Shown piece by piece: positions 8,071-19,263 of a DNA stretch of 64,000 nucleotides. Position numbers and translations under genes: made by a program. Position 1 is the first letter of the stretch. Each line of letters opens with the position of its first letter. This stretch comes from an uncultured bacterium (GTDB lineage Bacteria; Omnitrophota; Omnitrophia; Omnitrophales; Aquincolibacteriaceae): NCBI GenBank assembly GCA_964385615.1, contig CAYLPP010000010.1, positions 21,565 through 85,564 of the forward strand, written 5' to 3'. A model generated the notes under the pieces. It saw only the letters and a program-made list of their open reading frames with translations. It was not told the origin of the DNA and made no database searches.

Positions 8071-9336
8071 TTACTCTTTTTCCCGGTGAATCGAAGCTCC
8101 GATCGCCGAAAACTTTTCTTCCAATTTTTCATAACCGCGGTCCAAATGGTATACGCGGTGAACTTCAGTCGTGCCTTCCGCCACCAAACCCGCCACCACG
8201 AGAGCGGCGCTGGCGCGAAGATCGGAAGCCATCACGGGCGCTCCCGACAAATTCTTAACCCCGTGCACAATCGCACTGGGACCTTCCAGAAAAATTTTTG
8301 ACCCCATGCGGTTCAATTCGCTGACATGCATGAACCGGTCCGGATAAATCTTTTCCGTAATCACGCTGATTCCCGGAGTGACCGCCATCAGCGCCATCAT
8401 CTGCGCCTGCAGGTCCGTAGGAAAACCGGGGTACGGAAGCGTCGTCACATCGACAGCTTTAAGCTTTCCGCTGCGCTTCACGCGGATAGTGCTCTTGCCT
8501 TTCTGAATCGTAACGCCCGCCTGCTTTAACTTATCAATGACCGCGTTCTGATGCGAAGGTTCCGTTTTCTTAATCAAAACGTCTCCGCCCGTCATCGCGG
8601 CCGCGAAAACATAGGTTCCGGTTTCAATCCGGTCCGGAATAATCGAGTATCGTGTTCCGTGAAGCTTTTTGACGCCTTCAATCGTCACAATCGGCGAACC
8701 TTCACCTTCAATTCGCGCGCCCATCTTCTTCAGAAACCTGGCCAGGTCTACAACCTCAGGTTCGCAAGCCGCGTTTTCAATCTGCGTCACGCCTTGAGCG
8801 AGCGTAGCGGCCATCATGACGTTTCCGGTGGCCAGCACCGAAGAACCAAAAGCCCCGCCCAAAAAAATGTCGGTTCCGCGAAGTTTTTTTAAAACCTTGG
8901 CGTGCACATACCCGTGCTGAATTTCAGATTTCGCGCCGAGTGCTTCAAGCCCCTTCAAATGCAGGTCGATCGGGCGTGAACCAATAATACATCCGCCGGG
9001 TACTGAAACTTCAGCCCGCCCCAAACGGGCGATCAGCGGACCCAGTACGCAGATCGAAGCGCGCATCGTGCTGACCAGCTTGTAGGGCGCTACCGGATTC
9101 AAATTTTTTCCGGGCTTAATAATGACCCGGCCTTTATCAAACTGAGCTTTACAGCCAAGCGCCCGAAGGAGCTTCAGCATGGTCTGAATGTCCCTTAAAT
9201 CGGGAACATTCTCAAGAATCGTTTCTTCTTCTGAAAGAAGCGCGGCCGCCATAATCGGCAGCGCGGAATTCTTGGCGCCGGAAATCTCGACTTCGCCCCT
9301 TAATTTCCGTCCGCCCTCAATAACGATCTTATCCAT
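8071..9336 (-). CDS. murA: UDP-N-acetylglucosamine 1-carboxyvinyltransferase
   Basis: MDKIVIEGGRKLRGEVEISGAKNSALPIMAAALL is a typical MurA N-terminus; the protein is 421 aa. Confidence 0.9.
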   Translation of the reverse strand: MDKIVIEGGRKLRGEVEISGAKNSALPIMAAALLSEEETILENVPDLRDIQTMLKLLRALGCKAQFDKGRVIIKPGKNLNPVAPYKLVSTMRASICVLGPLIARLGRAEVSVPGGCIIGSRPIDLHLKGLEALGAKSEIQHGYVHAKVLKKLRGTDIFLGGAFGSSVLATGNVMMAATLAQGVTQIENAACEPEVVDLARFLKKMGARIEGEGSPIVTIEGVKKLHGTRYSIIPDRIETGTYVFAAAMTGGDVLIKKTEPSHQNAVIDKLKQAGVTIQKGKSTIRVKRSGKLKAVDVTTLPYPGFPTDLQAQMMALMAVTPGISVITEKIYPDRFMHVSELNRMGSKIFLEGPSAIVHGVKNLSGAPVMASDLRASAALVVAGLVAEGTTEVHRVYHLDRGYEKLEEKFSAIGASIHREKE

Positions 9337-9348
9337 TCAATTCCGGTC

Positions 9349-10248
9349 TTAGATCCGCGCCATCATCACGCGGTCAATGTTCAAATAATCTTTAAAAACG
9401 CGCGGGCTTTCATAACCCTCGCGCAAAACAAACTTTTTAATCGCTCCCGCTTGACCCGCTCCCATTTCAAAGCAAAGCAGACCATCGGGATTTAGAAAAT
9501 TTTTAGCTTCTGCGCTGATCTTCCTGTAAAAATCCAACCCTCCCGCCCCGCCTTTTAAAGCGGTTTCGGGCTCATAACCCAGCTCGGGCTCCAGCGTGTG
9601 AAAATCTTCATCGGCAACATACGGCGGATTGCTGATGACGGCATTCCACTTTTTCGGCTTTTTCTGCCAAGCCCCGAAACAATCGGAACGGACTGTTTCC
9701 GCTCTTTCCAGAAGCTTGTAACGCTTCAGGTTGCGTTTGGTAACTTTCAGCGCGGCCGCGGAAATATCAGAGAACGTCGCAACGGCTTTAGGGAAAGACC
9801 TCAGAATCGCAATTCCGATAGCTCCCGAACCGCAGCCCAAATCCAAAAAAGTAAAACGGTTCTCCTTTTTAAAACCTGAGAACCGGATAAAAGAATCGAC
9901 CAGAATTTCTGTTTCTGGACGGGGAATCAAACACGACGCATCCACTTCCAGAACTTCGTCCCAAAAATAGGCTTTGCCGAGGAGATAAGCAACCGGAATG
10001 CGTTTCTTTCTCTGGCGAATCAGCTGCCGGTAACGCTTTGCCCGCGCGGCGGATACTTTTTGATCCGCCCGCATAAAAAGAGCCGTGCGCTCGACTTCCA
10101 AAACCTCTTCAAGCAGCCGCTCCGAACTGGCTTTGGCTTCTTCAGGACCGAGTAAAGCGAGTGTGTCTTTTGCCCAAGCCAACAATCCTGAAACCGTCAA
10201 AGACCGGACCAAATCAGGCAACTTCACGGAGTCTGCGGTCTTTCTCAT
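9349..10248 (-). CDS. prmC: Release-factor glutamine N5-methyltransferase (PrmC/HemK)
   Basis: VISNPPYV motif. The gene lies downstream of, and overlaps, prfA. Confidence 0.85.
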   Translation of the reverse strand: MRKTADSVKLPDLVRSLTVSGLLAWAKDTLALLGPEEAKASSERLLEEVLEVERTALFMRADQKVSAARAKRYRQLIRQRKKRIPVAYLLGKAYFWDEVLEVDASCLIPRPETEILVDSFIRFSGFKKENRFTFLDLGCGSGAIGIAILRSFPKAVATFSDISAAALKVTKRNLKRYKLLERAETVRSDCFGAWQKKPKKWNAVISNPPYVADEDFHTLEPELGYEPETALKGGAGGLDFYRKISAEAKNFLNPDGLLCFEMGAGQAGAIKKFVLREGYESPRVFKDYLNIDRVMMARI

Positions 10249-11293
10249 CCCTCTCTAGGGCTTGAACCAGTTCGTCCAAAGAGCCGTCTAAAATATCATC
10301 CAGGGCATGCAAAGTCAAACCGATTCGATGGTCGGTGACCCTCTGGTCCGGAAAGTTGTAAGTCCTTATTTTACCGGACCTATCACCGCTTCCAACCTGG
10401 TCTTTGCGCTGTTTAGCCATCTCATTGTGATGCTTCTGCTGAGCCGCGTCAAAAAGCCGTGCCCGAAGCACCCGCATCGCCTTTGCTTTATTTTTATGCT
10501 GAGACCGCTCATCCTGACAGCTGACAACCACCCCGGTCGGAATATGCGTGATCCGAACCGCGGATTCTGTCTTGTTCACATGCTGACCGCCCGCGCCTGA
10601 AGCGCGATAAACATCAATCCTGAGATCCGCCGGATTGACGTGAACTTCGGTCTCTTCAGCTTCAGGAAGCACGGCAACCGTAACCGCTGAAGTGTGAACC
10701 CGTCCGCTGGCTTCCGTATCGGGTACACGCTGCACGCGATGAATGCCGCTCTCGTATTTAAAAAGCGGAAAACTGCCCGCGCCGGAAACGCTGAAGATCA
10801 CTTCCTTGAACCCGCCCTTGCCGGTCGGATTAGAATCCATAACTTCCACCGCCAGCTTTTTGGCGGAAGCATATCGGGAATACATCCGAAAGAGATCCGC
10901 GGCAAACAGCGCGGCTTCTTCACCGCCCGTGCCCGCCCGGATTTCCACGATGCAGTCCCGGCCCCGGTTGGGATCCGATTCTTTCAGAAGATGGTCTTCA
11001 ATTTCACCAACCAGCTCTAACTTCCGTTTTTCAAGCGCTTCAAGCTCTTCTTCGTAAAGCTTGCGCATTTCCCGGTCAACGCCGGCGTCATCCAAATGCG
11101 CTTTCAGTTCCCGAGATTCCTTCTCCGCCTTTTTATAAGCGGCAAAAGATTCCGCGACCGGCCGGAGGTCCGCGAGTTCGCGCATCAGTTTCTGATAGCG
11201 TGAATGCTCCTTGACCGCGTCCGGGTTCGACATTTCCGTTTCAATGTCGCGGATCTTCTGCTCGATTTTTTCGAGCGTCGAATAAAATCTCAT
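10214..11293 (-). CDS. prfA: Peptide chain release factor 1
   Basis: [28 protein letters not shown] (GGQ motif); 359 aa. Confidence 0.92.
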   Translation of the reverse strand: MRFYSTLEKIEQKIRDIETEMSNPDAVKEHSRYQKLMRELADLRPVAESFAAYKKAEKESRELKAHLDDAGVDREMRKLYEEELEALEKRKLELVGEIEDHLLKESDPNRGRDCIVEIRAGTGGEEAALFAADLFRMYSRYASAKKLAVEVMDSNPTGKGGFKEVIFSVSGAGSFPLFKYESGIHRVQRVPDTEASGRVHTSAVTVAVLPEAEETEVHVNPADLRIDVYRASGAGGQHVNKTESAVRITHIPTGVVVSCQDERSQHKNKAKAMRVLRARLFDAAQQKHHNEMAKQRKDQVGSGDRSGKIRTYNFPDQRVTDHRIGLTLHALDDILDGSLDELVQALERDEKDRRLREVA

Positions 11294-11303
11294 TTAAAAC
11301 AAT

Positions 11304-11519
11304 TTAGTCTTTTTTCTGGAACTTCGCGAACTTCTTGTTGAAACGCTCAATACGGCCCGCGGTATCGACAAAGCGCTGCTTGCCGGTAAAAAACGGGTGG
11401 CACTGGGAGCAGATTTCAACCTGCACGCGCTCTTTAAGAGTGCTGCGGGTTTCGATCGTGCTGCCGCACGCGCATTGAATAGTGCAAGTTCCATAAGCGG
11501 GATGAATATCTTTCTTCAT
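11304..11519 (-). CDS. rpmE: 50S ribosomal protein L31
   Basis: [27 protein letters not shown]...[10 protein letters not shown], showing the Zn-binding Cys pairs of L31 type A. A good SD (aggag) precedes it. Confidence 0.9.
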   Translation of the reverse strand: MKKDIHPAYGTCTIQCACGSTIETRSTLKERVQVEICSQCHPFFTGKQRFVDTAGRIERFNKKFAKFQKKD

Positions 11520-11593
11520 TTTAAAATCTCCTCTTCTAAGTTTTATTTTTAACGAACGGCTCGCGCGAAACTTTCAAAGTTTCGGCGAAGCCG

Positions 11594-11615
11594 CACTTGC
11601 GCATCAGCGCAAGTG
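11594..11615. repeat. Perfect 9-bp-stem palindrome CACTTGCGC-atca-GCGCAAGTG abutting the rho stop codon; a related copy lies at 4235-4259
   Basis: Read directly from the sequence. An 18-nt core ACTTGCGCATC(A/G)GCGCA is shared with the site immediately 3' of the OMP gene stop. Confidence 0.6.
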
Positions 11616-13013
11616 TTAATCTTTTACTTTGTTCATGCTGAGCAAAAATTCGGCATTGCTCTTGGTCTTGCCGAGACGGTCCACCAGAAGCTCCATGGCT
11701 TCGGCCGGATTCAGCTCGTTGAGAACCTTACGCAGCACCCACACCCGGGTCAGCTCATCCGGGTGCATCAGAATATCTTCCTTACGCGTGTTCGACTTCT
11801 TAACGTCGATCGCGGGATAGATACGTTTCTGGAACAAGTTGCGGTCCAGCTGGATTTCCATATTACCCGTACCTTTGAATTCTTCAAAGATCACTTCGTC
11901 CATGCGTGAACCGGTATCGACAAGAGCGGTCGCAATAATCGTCAAGCTTCCGCCTTCTTCAATATTACGCGCGGCGCCGAAAAACCGTTTGGGTTTGTGC
12001 AGCGCGCTGGAGTCCACACCGCCGGAAAGAATCTTCCCGGAATGCGGAACCACCGTGTTGTACGCGCGGGCCAGACGGGTGATGGAGTCAAGCAGGATCA
12101 CGACATCGCGCTTGTGTTCGACAAGACGCTTGGCTTTTTCGAGCACGATTTCAGCAACCTGAACGTGACGTTCAGCGGGTTCATCGAAAGTCGAAGAAAT
12201 AACTTCGCCTTTCACCGAACGCTGCATGTCCGTGACTTCTTCAGGACGCTCATCAATCAACAGCACAATCAGGTACGTGTCCGGATTGTTGTGCACAATG
12301 CTGTTGGCGATTTTCTGAAGCAGAATGGTTTTACCGCTGTAAGGCGGGGCCACGATCAAACCGCGCTGGCCGAAACCGATCGGCGTCAGAAGATCCATGA
12401 CGCGCATGGAGACTTCCTTCGGATCCGTTTCAAGCAAAATGCGTTTCTCGGGATACAGCGGAGTCAGGTTATCGAACGGAATCTTGTTCTTGATCGTCTC
12501 CGGATCTTCGAAATTGACCGCTTCAACCTTAAGCAGGGCGAAATAACGCTCGCCTTCCTTCGGAGGGCGGATATGCCCGCTAACGTTGTCACCCGTGCGC
12601 AGATTGAAACGGCGGATCTGGCTGGGAGAAACGTAAATATCGTCCGGTGAAGGCAAGTAGTTGTAGTTCGGGGAGCGGAGGAAACCAAAACCATCCTGGA
12701 GTATTTCCAGAACACCTTCTCCGAACATCAGTCCTGAACGCTCAGCCTGTGCCTGCAGAATTTTAAAAATCACATCCTGCTTTTTGACGCCGACGGTAGG
12801 ACCAATATTGAATTTGTGCGCCAGCTCGTGAAGCTCGCTGATTTTCATCCGCTTGAGGCTGACCACGTCAAAGGTCTTTTCCCCCGGTTTGGCTTCAGGA
12901 ATCTGGTTTTCACTCGCGTCATCAACGATCGGCGCGTGACTGTGGCGCTGAGGCGCTTCCGGCTTTCTGCTGGAATGCGATCTTTCGGGTCTTTCAGTTC
13001 TCTCTCTTGGCAT
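11616..13013 (-). CDS. rho: Transcription termination factor Rho, with a basic N-terminal extension of about 45 aa
   Basis: Cold-shock-like RNA-binding region (FGFLR), P-loop [12 protein letters not shown], and the C-terminal ATPase domain; 465 aa. Confidence 0.92.
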   Translation of the reverse strand: MPRERTERPERSHSSRKPEAPQRHSHAPIVDDASENQIPEAKPGEKTFDVVSLKRMKISELHELAHKFNIGPTVGVKKQDVIFKILQAQAERSGLMFGEGVLEILQDGFGFLRSPNYNYLPSPDDIYVSPSQIRRFNLRTGDNVSGHIRPPKEGERYFALLKVEAVNFEDPETIKNKIPFDNLTPLYPEKRILLETDPKEVSMRVMDLLTPIGFGQRGLIVAPPYSGKTILLQKIANSIVHNNPDTYLIVLLIDERPEEVTDMQRSVKGEVISSTFDEPAERHVQVAEIVLEKAKRLVEHKRDVVILLDSITRLARAYNTVVPHSGKILSGGVDSSALHKPKRFFGAARNIEEGGSLTIIATALVDTGSRMDEVIFEEFKGTGNMEIQLDRNLFQKRIYPAIDVKKSNTRKEDILMHPDELTRVWVLRKVLNELNPAEAMELLVDRLGKTKSNAEFLLSMNKVKD

Positions 13014-13017
13014 TGCT

Positions 13018-13617
13018 TTACTTCTCTCCTTTCGAAACGGAGCGGAGGTCTTTCCAGACTTTTTCCGCTTCCCGTCGGGTTGAATCTAAGTTACCTGAAT
13101 TATTAATAACGTAATCCGCTTTACTGACTTTTTCTTCCAGGGGCATTTGGGCTTTGCGGCGCGAAGCCACTTCGTCCGCCGAAAACCCGCGGGCTTTCAG
13201 ACGCTCGCAAACCGCTTCTTCCGGCGCGTTGACGACCACGACTTTGTCGCACCGTTTATCCAGTCCGCTTTCAAAAAGCAGCGGGACATTCAAAACCACC
13301 ATATCTTCTTCAGCTTCCAGAATCTCTTCTTCCATCCGGTCAAAAACGTACGGGTGAATAACAGCTTCGAGTTTCTTCCGTTTACCCGCGTCCTTGAAGA
13401 TGACTTCAGCAATCTTTTTACGGTCAAAACCCCGCGCAGTCCGCGCCTCAGGAAAAAGCTTCAGAATCTCTCCGTAAACGGAGCTTCCCTCCATCAGTGT
13501 TTCATGAGCCAGCTGATCGGCATCAATCATGCACGCGCCCAGCTCTTGAAACAAACCGGCTACCGTGGATTTTCCAGTGCCGAAACCGCCTGTTAGCCCG
13601 ACAATCGTTTTTTTCAT
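13018..13617 (-). CDS. coaE: Dephospho-CoA kinase
   Basis: [27 protein letters not shown] (P-loop); about 200 aa. Confidence 0.88.
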   Translation of the reverse strand: MKKTIVGLTGGFGTGKSTVAGLFQELGACMIDADQLAHETLMEGSSVYGEILKLFPEARTARGFDRKKIAEVIFKDAGKRKKLEAVIHPYVFDRMEEEILEAEEDMVVLNVPLLFESGLDKRCDKVVVVNAPEEAVCERLKARGFSADEVASRRKAQMPLEEKVSKADYVINNSGNLDSTRREAEKVWKDLRSVSKGEK

Positions 13618-13620
13618 CGC

Positions 13621-16317
13621 TTACTTGTACCAGGAGTCCCCAGTGAAAACATCCACGCGAAGCGGCACTTTTAATTCATAAGCCGATTCCATTTCGGATC
13701 GGACCAGGCGCGTCATTTTTTCTTCTTCGCCCGGAGCCATATCAAATACCAGTTCATCGTGGACCTGCATGATCATCAAACTTTCCAACTTTTCTTTTTC
13801 AAGCCGTTCCTGAACCGTGAGCATGGCCAGTTTAATTAAATCCGCCGCAGAGCCCTGAATCGGCGCGTTAACCGCGGCGCGCTCAGCGAACTGCCGGACC
13901 ATGACATTCTTGGAATTAATATCCGGAAAATAAGACCGCCGGCCGAGGATCGTCGTCAAATAACCCTGCTTCCGCGCTTTTTCTTTCTGGCCTTCCAGAT
14001 AATCTTTAACCGCCTTGTAACGGTCGAAATAATTTTTAATGAACGTGTCGGCTTCCCCAATGGGAATACCCAGTTCCTGCGCCAGCCCGTAGGCTGTCTT
14101 GCCGTAAATCACGCTGAAATTAATTGTCTTGGCCATGTGGCGCATTTCACGCGTCACATCCTGCTCTTTGACGCCGTAAAGCAAAGTCGCCGTGTATTTA
14201 TGAACATCACGGTCTTCGCTGAAAGCGCTGGTCAAATTTTTGTCGCCGGTCAAATGCGCCAGAATTCGCAGTTCGATCTGCGAATAATCCGCGGATAAAA
14301 GTTTGCGTCCTTGCCCGCGCGGAACAAACGCTTTACGGATCTTCCGGCCCGATTCCGTCTTGATCGGGATATTCTGTAAATTCGGATCAGAGCTCGAAAG
14401 CCGCCCCGTGGCCGTCACCGTCTGGTGGTACGACGTATGCACCAGTCCCGTTTCCGGGTTGACCATTTCCGGAAGCGCATCCAGATAGGTTGATTTCAGT
14501 TTATTTTTTTCCCGGTACTCTAAAAGCTTCTTGGGCAATTCATAATTCACCGCCAGCCTCTCCAGGACGCCGACATCCGTCGAAAAACCGGTCTTGGTTT
14601 TCTTCATGGCCGGAAGCTTCATCTTCACAAACAGAATATCCGCCAACTGCTTGGTGGAATTAATGTTAAATTCCTGCCCGGCTTCTTCGTAAATCTCGCG
14701 AGTCAGGCGGTCTAATTCTTCCTGAGTCTCGTCTGAAAACTTTTTAAGCATTTTCAAATCAAGACAAACGCCATTCATCTCGATCTTGCCCAGCACCTGA
14801 GAAAGCGGCATTTCCAATTCCCGGAATAATTTCTCAAGCCCATCTTCTTCCAGGCGCTTGCTTAGCAGCGGCTGAAGCCGAAAAACGCAATCCGCGTCTT
14901 CGCAGGCATACTCCGAAATCTTTTCCAGCTCCACGTCCCCCATGGAAATCTGGTTTTTACCGCTCCCAATCAGCGAGTCCGTCGTGATCTTGCGCACGCC
15001 CAAAAACTCAAGGCTGATATCATCAAGATTGTGATTCAGCTTGATCGGATTCACCAGATAACTGGCAATCATGGTGTCAAAACTAATACCGCGCATCGCG
15101 ACACCCGCGCGGTTCAAAACAATCCAGTCGTACTTGATATTTTGACCGGTTTTTTTAATTTCCTCATCTTCCAGAACCGGTCTCAGAGCTTTAAGCACTT
15201 CCTTTTCGGAAAGACCAGGCCCTTTGTGATGCTGGCTTGAAACCGGAATATAAAAAGCTGAAAACGGCTCCCAGGAAAAACTCAACCCAACCAGCTTCGC
15301 GCGCATCGGATCGGCGGACGTTGTTTCCGTATCAAAGCTGAAATTTTCGGCTTTCTTCAGGTTACTCAAAAAAGCTTCAAACTCTTTTGCCGTCTGAACC
15401 GTTTGATAAGCCCGGCTCCCGGATTCCTTTTCCCCGGTCGGAATTAATTCCTTGGCAAGAGAGCGGAATTCGTAACGTTTATAAAACTCCAATAGTTTTT
15501 CAGAGGTTCCCGCGTGAAGTTTTGTTTTTTCCCAATCCACTTTCACTGGAACATTAAGCTCGATCGTGGCCAGCATTTTTGACATCTCAAGGCTTTTGAT
15601 ATTGTCCTTGATCAGCGTCTGCTGGGACTTGGAACTGATCTTTCCCGCGTGTTCGATCAGCTTCTCCACTGAGCCGAATTGATGAATCAATTTCACCGCG
15701 GTTTTCTCGCCAATCCCAGGCACCCCCGGAATATTATCTGACGCGTCTCCCATCAGCGCCATAATATCCACAACCTTCTCCGGCCCCAGGCCTTCGAAGC
15801 GCCTCTTAACGCCTTCGCGGTCAATCACAAGATCCTCTTTATGCGGATTGAGAATCTTGATCTGATCATCAACCAACTGCATGGCATCCTTGTCACTGGT
15901 CACAATAAATACGTCGAAACCTTTTTTAGCGCCCTGCACGGCCAGTGTACCGATCAGGTCATCGGCTTCATACCCGGCCATTTCAAAAAGCGCGTAATCC
16001 GATAAGCGACAGAATTCCTTGATCGGCTCCATCTGAGGAACCAGGTCTTCGGGCATCGGTTTGCGGTGCGCCTTATAATCTTCAAACCTTTCGTGGCGGA
16101 AGGTAGGTTCCTTGCGGTCAAAGCAGACCGCCAAATGGTCCGGCTCATGCTCCGCGATCAGTTTGCGCATGATGGAGATAAAACCGTAAATCGCGTTGGT
16201 CGGTTCCCCTTTGGAATTTGAAAGAGCGCGAATCGCGTAATACGCCCGGTAAATAAACGAACTACCGTCGATCAAATACAGCGTAGGCCGGCCGTTTTTA
16301 TTTTTTCCGGATTTCAT
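13621..16317 (-). CDS. polA: DNA polymerase I
   Basis: 898 aa. 5'-3' exonuclease N-terminus (LYLIDGSSFIYRAYYA), 3'-5' exonuclease and polymerase domains, with the C-terminal QVHDELVF motif C region. Confidence 0.92.
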   Translation of the reverse strand: MKSGKNKNGRPTLYLIDGSSFIYRAYYAIRALSNSKGEPTNAIYGFISIMRKLIAEHEPDHLAVCFDRKEPTFRHERFEDYKAHRKPMPEDLVPQMEPIKEFCRLSDYALFEMAGYEADDLIGTLAVQGAKKGFDVFIVTSDKDAMQLVDDQIKILNPHKEDLVIDREGVKRRFEGLGPEKVVDIMALMGDASDNIPGVPGIGEKTAVKLIHQFGSVEKLIEHAGKISSKSQQTLIKDNIKSLEMSKMLATIELNVPVKVDWEKTKLHAGTSEKLLEFYKRYEFRSLAKELIPTGEKESGSRAYQTVQTAKEFEAFLSNLKKAENFSFDTETTSADPMRAKLVGLSFSWEPFSAFYIPVSSQHHKGPGLSEKEVLKALRPVLEDEEIKKTGQNIKYDWIVLNRAGVAMRGISFDTMIASYLVNPIKLNHNLDDISLEFLGVRKITTDSLIGSGKNQISMGDVELEKISEYACEDADCVFRLQPLLSKRLEEDGLEKLFRELEMPLSQVLGKIEMNGVCLDLKMLKKFSDETQEELDRLTREIYEEAGQEFNINSTKQLADILFVKMKLPAMKKTKTGFSTDVGVLERLAVNYELPKKLLEYREKNKLKSTYLDALPEMVNPETGLVHTSYHQTVTATGRLSSSDPNLQNIPIKTESGRKIRKAFVPRGQGRKLLSADYSQIELRILAHLTGDKNLTSAFSEDRDVHKYTATLLYGVKEQDVTREMRHMAKTINFSVIYGKTAYGLAQELGIPIGEADTFIKNYFDRYKAVKDYLEGQKEKARKQGYLTTILGRRSYFPDINSKNVMVRQFAERAAVNAPIQGSAADLIKLAMLTVQERLEKEKLESLMIMQVHDELVFDMAPGEEEKMTRLVRSEMESAYELKVPLRVDVFTGDSWYK

Positions 16318-16510
16318 TCAATTGAATTTAAAAACAAGGATTTCTCATGCAGCATATGGAAGAGACTTGGGAACCGGGAAAAACAGAATTAAATTAAACC
16401 TCTAAGTCTTGATTTTTAAGGGATTTAGAATTGCCGCGCGGGCCTGACGAGACTGGATTTACTCTCCGTGAGGCATTAGGATACTCAAAGCCCTCTAGGT
16501 GGTCAAGCTT

Positions 16511-17632
16511 TTATTTCTTTAGAGGGGACACCGGTTTAGCCGGCTGTTTCAGGGCCCTCTCAGCCAGCTCCTTGGGATCCTGCGCCATTTCAATCATCGA
16601 GTCGTAACTGATGATACCACCTTGATATAGCTCTTTTAAGTGGTCATCCAGAGCCCGCATCCCAAACCGGGCGCCTGTCTGAATCTCAGAGACCACCTGA
16701 TAGGTCTTCCCTTCCCGGATCAGATTCCGGATGGCCGGAGTCGCAATCATAATCTCAAAAGCGCAAATACGCCCTCCTTTACCATCAATACGGGGAAGCA
16801 GAGTCTGTGAAATGACCGCGACCAGGGTTGAGGCCAGCTGAATACGGATCTGGGTCTGTTGGTGCGCCGGAAACACGTCAATAATACGGTCTACCGTGCG
16901 GGCCGCGCCGGTCGTATGAAGGGTTGAGAAAACCAGATGGCCGGTTTCAGCAGCACGAATCGCCGTTTCCATGGTGGAAAGGTCGCGCATTTCACCGATC
17001 AGAATCACGTCCGGATCCTGACGCAAAGCTTTGACCACCGCTTCGGAAAAGCTGGGCACGTCTTCCCCGACTTCACGCTGAGTCATCACTGATTTTTTGT
17101 GAGGATGCATGAATTCAATCGGATCTTCAGCCGTAATAATGTGCTTCTCAAAATTTTCATTGATGTAATTGAGCATGGAAGCGAGCGTCGTGGTTTTACC
17201 GGAACCCGTGGGACCCGTAACCAGGATCAGACCTCTCGGACGGGAAAGCAACTCGACCAAGTGCTGAGTCGGAAGCCCGATCTGCTCAAAAGAATAAAAC
17301 TTGTAAGGAAGCTGGCGGAGCACCATCGCGTAGGTGCCTTTTTGCTTATAACAGGAAACGCGGAAACGCGCTTTCTCACCGTAGGAAAAACCAAAATCGA
17401 TACCGCCGACTTCTTCGACTTTTTTACGCTGTTCTTCCGTTGTGATTTCACGGGCAAGCTCTTCGGTCTCCTGCGCGGTCAAAGGTTTGTCATCAATTGA
17501 GGTGATGATGCCGTGAAGACGCACGGACCGGGGACGGCCCACGGAAATATGGATATCGGAAGCTTCACGTTCAATCGCGTAATTTAAAATGGATTCGATA
17601 GACATATTGATCTCCTTAATGAAGGATAACAC
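16511..17632 (-). CDS. pilT: Type IV pilus retraction ATPase PilT
   Basis: GLILVTGPTGSGKTTTLASMLNYIN Walker A, Asp box, His box and the PilT-type C-terminal region; 373 aa. Confidence 0.85.
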   Translation of the reverse strand: MLSFIKEINMSIESILNYAIEREASDIHISVGRPRSVRLHGIITSIDDKPLTAQETEELAREITTEEQRKKVEEVGGIDFGFSYGEKARFRVSCYKQKGTYAMVLRQLPYKFYSFEQIGLPTQHLVELLSRPRGLILVTGPTGSGKTTTLASMLNYINENFEKHIITAEDPIEFMHPHKKSVMTQREVGEDVPSFSEAVVKALRQDPDVILIGEMRDLSTMETAIRAAETGHLVFSTLHTTGAARTVDRIIDVFPAHQQTQIRIQLASTLVAVISQTLLPRIDGKGGRICAFEIMIATPAIRNLIREGKTYQVVSEIQTGARFGMRALDDHLKELYQGGIISYDSMIEMAQDPKELAERALKQPAKPVSPLKK

Positions 17633-17732
17633 CGCGATCCAAGAATACCAGAAACCCGCGGTGCCGGCGCGATACGTACCGGCATATCGACTTTTGAAGC
17701 AACGGCCATACCCAGATAAAACTGTAGCCGGT

Positions 17733-18251
17733 TTAAGCGCGAAGGTAAGGCAAAAGCGCCCAGGCCGATAAAATCAGAGAAGCCCAAAAAGCCTGAAGGA
17801 GCTTCAGCGGTAAGCCGGCGGTTATTTTAGGCGGTCTAAAAAAAAGCGCCCGCTCATTGAAGCCCAGCATTATCATTCGAAAGCCGGAAAACAGCAGGGC
17901 GGATTGTAAGATCTCTTTCAAGAACTGAGAACCGGCACCAGGGCTCAGATAACGGAAACTTAATCCGCAAACCGCCAGAAAAAAAACGAACGGCCGGCGG
18001 GCGAGAGAACAAACGGCAAAAACCGCGGGAATCATCCAAAGCGCGAAATCTTCCCGGCTGAAAGAAATAAAATTCAGAAGGAGAACGGCCGTAAGAGCGA
18101 TTACGGCCACGCACGCAAAAATGCGGAAAGTATCTTCCAGAATTTGGCGCGGAGAAACGCGTTCTTCCGCTAGACAGAATAGAAAACCAAAAGCGATTGA
18201 GGAGAAAAGAATGGAGTTCACACTTCCGCCGCCGATTGAAATTTTTTCCAT
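17733..18251 (-). CDS. RnfA/NqrE-like small polytopic membrane subunit (divergent)
   Basis: About 170 aa with 5-6 TM segments. Its C-terminal ...LFSGFRMIMLGFNERAL resembles the RsxA ...YGFSAAVGFSLVM...IRERL region. The start is set at the internal MEKISIGG. Confidence 0.4.
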   Translation of the reverse strand: MEKISIGGGSVNSILFSSIAFGFLFCLAEERVSPRQILEDTFRIFACVAVIALTAVLLLNFISFSREDFALWMIPAVFAVCSLARRPFVFFLAVCGLSFRYLSPGAGSQFLKEILQSALLFSGFRMIMLGFNERALFFRPPKITAGLPLKLLQAFWASLILSAWALLPYLRA

Positions 18252-18760
18252 CCCGAACCGGTAAAAAGCGCTTTCTGCTTTCGGCTGGCCGGCCAGACCA
18301 TCGCGGGAAGAATCAGCAATGCTAAACTCCCGGGAACCCTCTGAAAAAGCGGCCACTCGGCCTGACGCCCTAAAACTTCCTGCGTAATGCCAAGATAAAT
18401 TACAAGGGCCAGAAAACAAACCGCTTTAATAAAAACTGACGTGGGATCGCGGTGCTTCTCCTGCCGGCCCGCGAGCGGAAAAAGCAGAAGACAAACGCTT
18501 AAGGCCGCCGCCCCGCGTGAGTATTGAAATCCGGGGAGAACGGAAACGGCGCAGCAAACGGTTAAAACCGTAGCCCACGAGATCAGGCGTTTTGGAAAAA
18601 GAGGGGTCAGAATCTCAAAAAGAAGCGCCGTCGCGACAAATACCGCGGCAACCGAAAAACCCGCCTCAAGGGAAGATCCGAACTGAAGCAGTCCGGGAAG
18701 AATGGGAAAAACGGGAGCCGCAGCTTCAGAGAAAGAAGGGAGAAGGTATTTTTTTTTCAC
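18218..18760 (-). CDS. RnfE/NqrD-like small polytopic membrane subunit (divergent)
   Basis: 180 aa polytopic membrane protein whose start overlaps the RnfG-like stop by 4 nt. The call rests mainly on context plus topology. Confidence 0.35.
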   Translation of the reverse strand: MKKKYLLPSFSEAAAPVFPILPGLLQFGSSLEAGFSVAAVFVATALLFEILTPLFPKRLISWATVLTVCCAVSVLPGFQYSRGAAALSVCLLLFPLAGRQEKHRDPTSVFIKAVCFLALVIYLGITQEVLGRQAEWPLFQRVPGSLALLILPAMVWPASRKQKALFTGSGWKKFQSAAEV

Positions 18761-19263
18761 GCGAAAGTTCCTTCGCTGGCTTTTTCAATAAAAAGCGCGC
18801 GTCGGCTGTCAAAGAATTCCTGGGCGCCGGAAACCAAGTCCGGAGCAAGTCTGTTTTCGGGGACAAGCGCTTTTCTGATAAAACTGGGCTTCAATCCCGT
18901 AACCCTGCCCTCGAGATCGATCCCAATCAAAACCGGATTGACGCCTTCACCGTCTGAGTTCTCCGAAATCCAAAAAGCAAAACCCGTGAGCTTATTAACC
19001 CTGACAGGTTCTGATACTTCATCCAGCCGCACATCCTGCTCATGCCGGGCCGGAAAAATCCGGCGGCCTTCGATTTCAAAAGATTCTTCTTCCGGATGAT
19101 TGCTGAAAGAAGGCAGAACCGTTTTTAAATCGAGCTCGGTCTTCGAAGTTTTTTCCGCCGCTGTGTCGACCTTCAATAAAAAGACGCCAGCGGCCAGCGC
19201 CGCCGCGTAAACAATCAAAAATAAATACTGCAGAATGACGATTCTTCTTTTCTTTTCAGACAT
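18757..19263 (-). CDS. RnfG/NqrC-like periplasmic FMN_bind-fold subunit lacking the flavinylation threonine
   Basis: N-terminal TM anchor and an FMN_bind-like core (VLIGIDLEGRVTGLKP). The D-x-x-[ST]-G-A-T site reads DLVSGAQ, so the flavin-accepting Thr is replaced by Gln. The start is set at MSEKKRR (19263). Confidence 0.55.
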   Translation of the reverse strand: MSEKKRRIVILQYLFLIVYAAALAAGVFLLKVDTAAEKTSKTELDLKTVLPSFSNHPEEESFEIEGRRIFPARHEQDVRLDEVSEPVRVNKLTGFAFWISENSDGEGVNPVLIGIDLEGRVTGLKPSFIRKALVPENRLAPDLVSGAQEFFDSRRALFIEKASEGTFA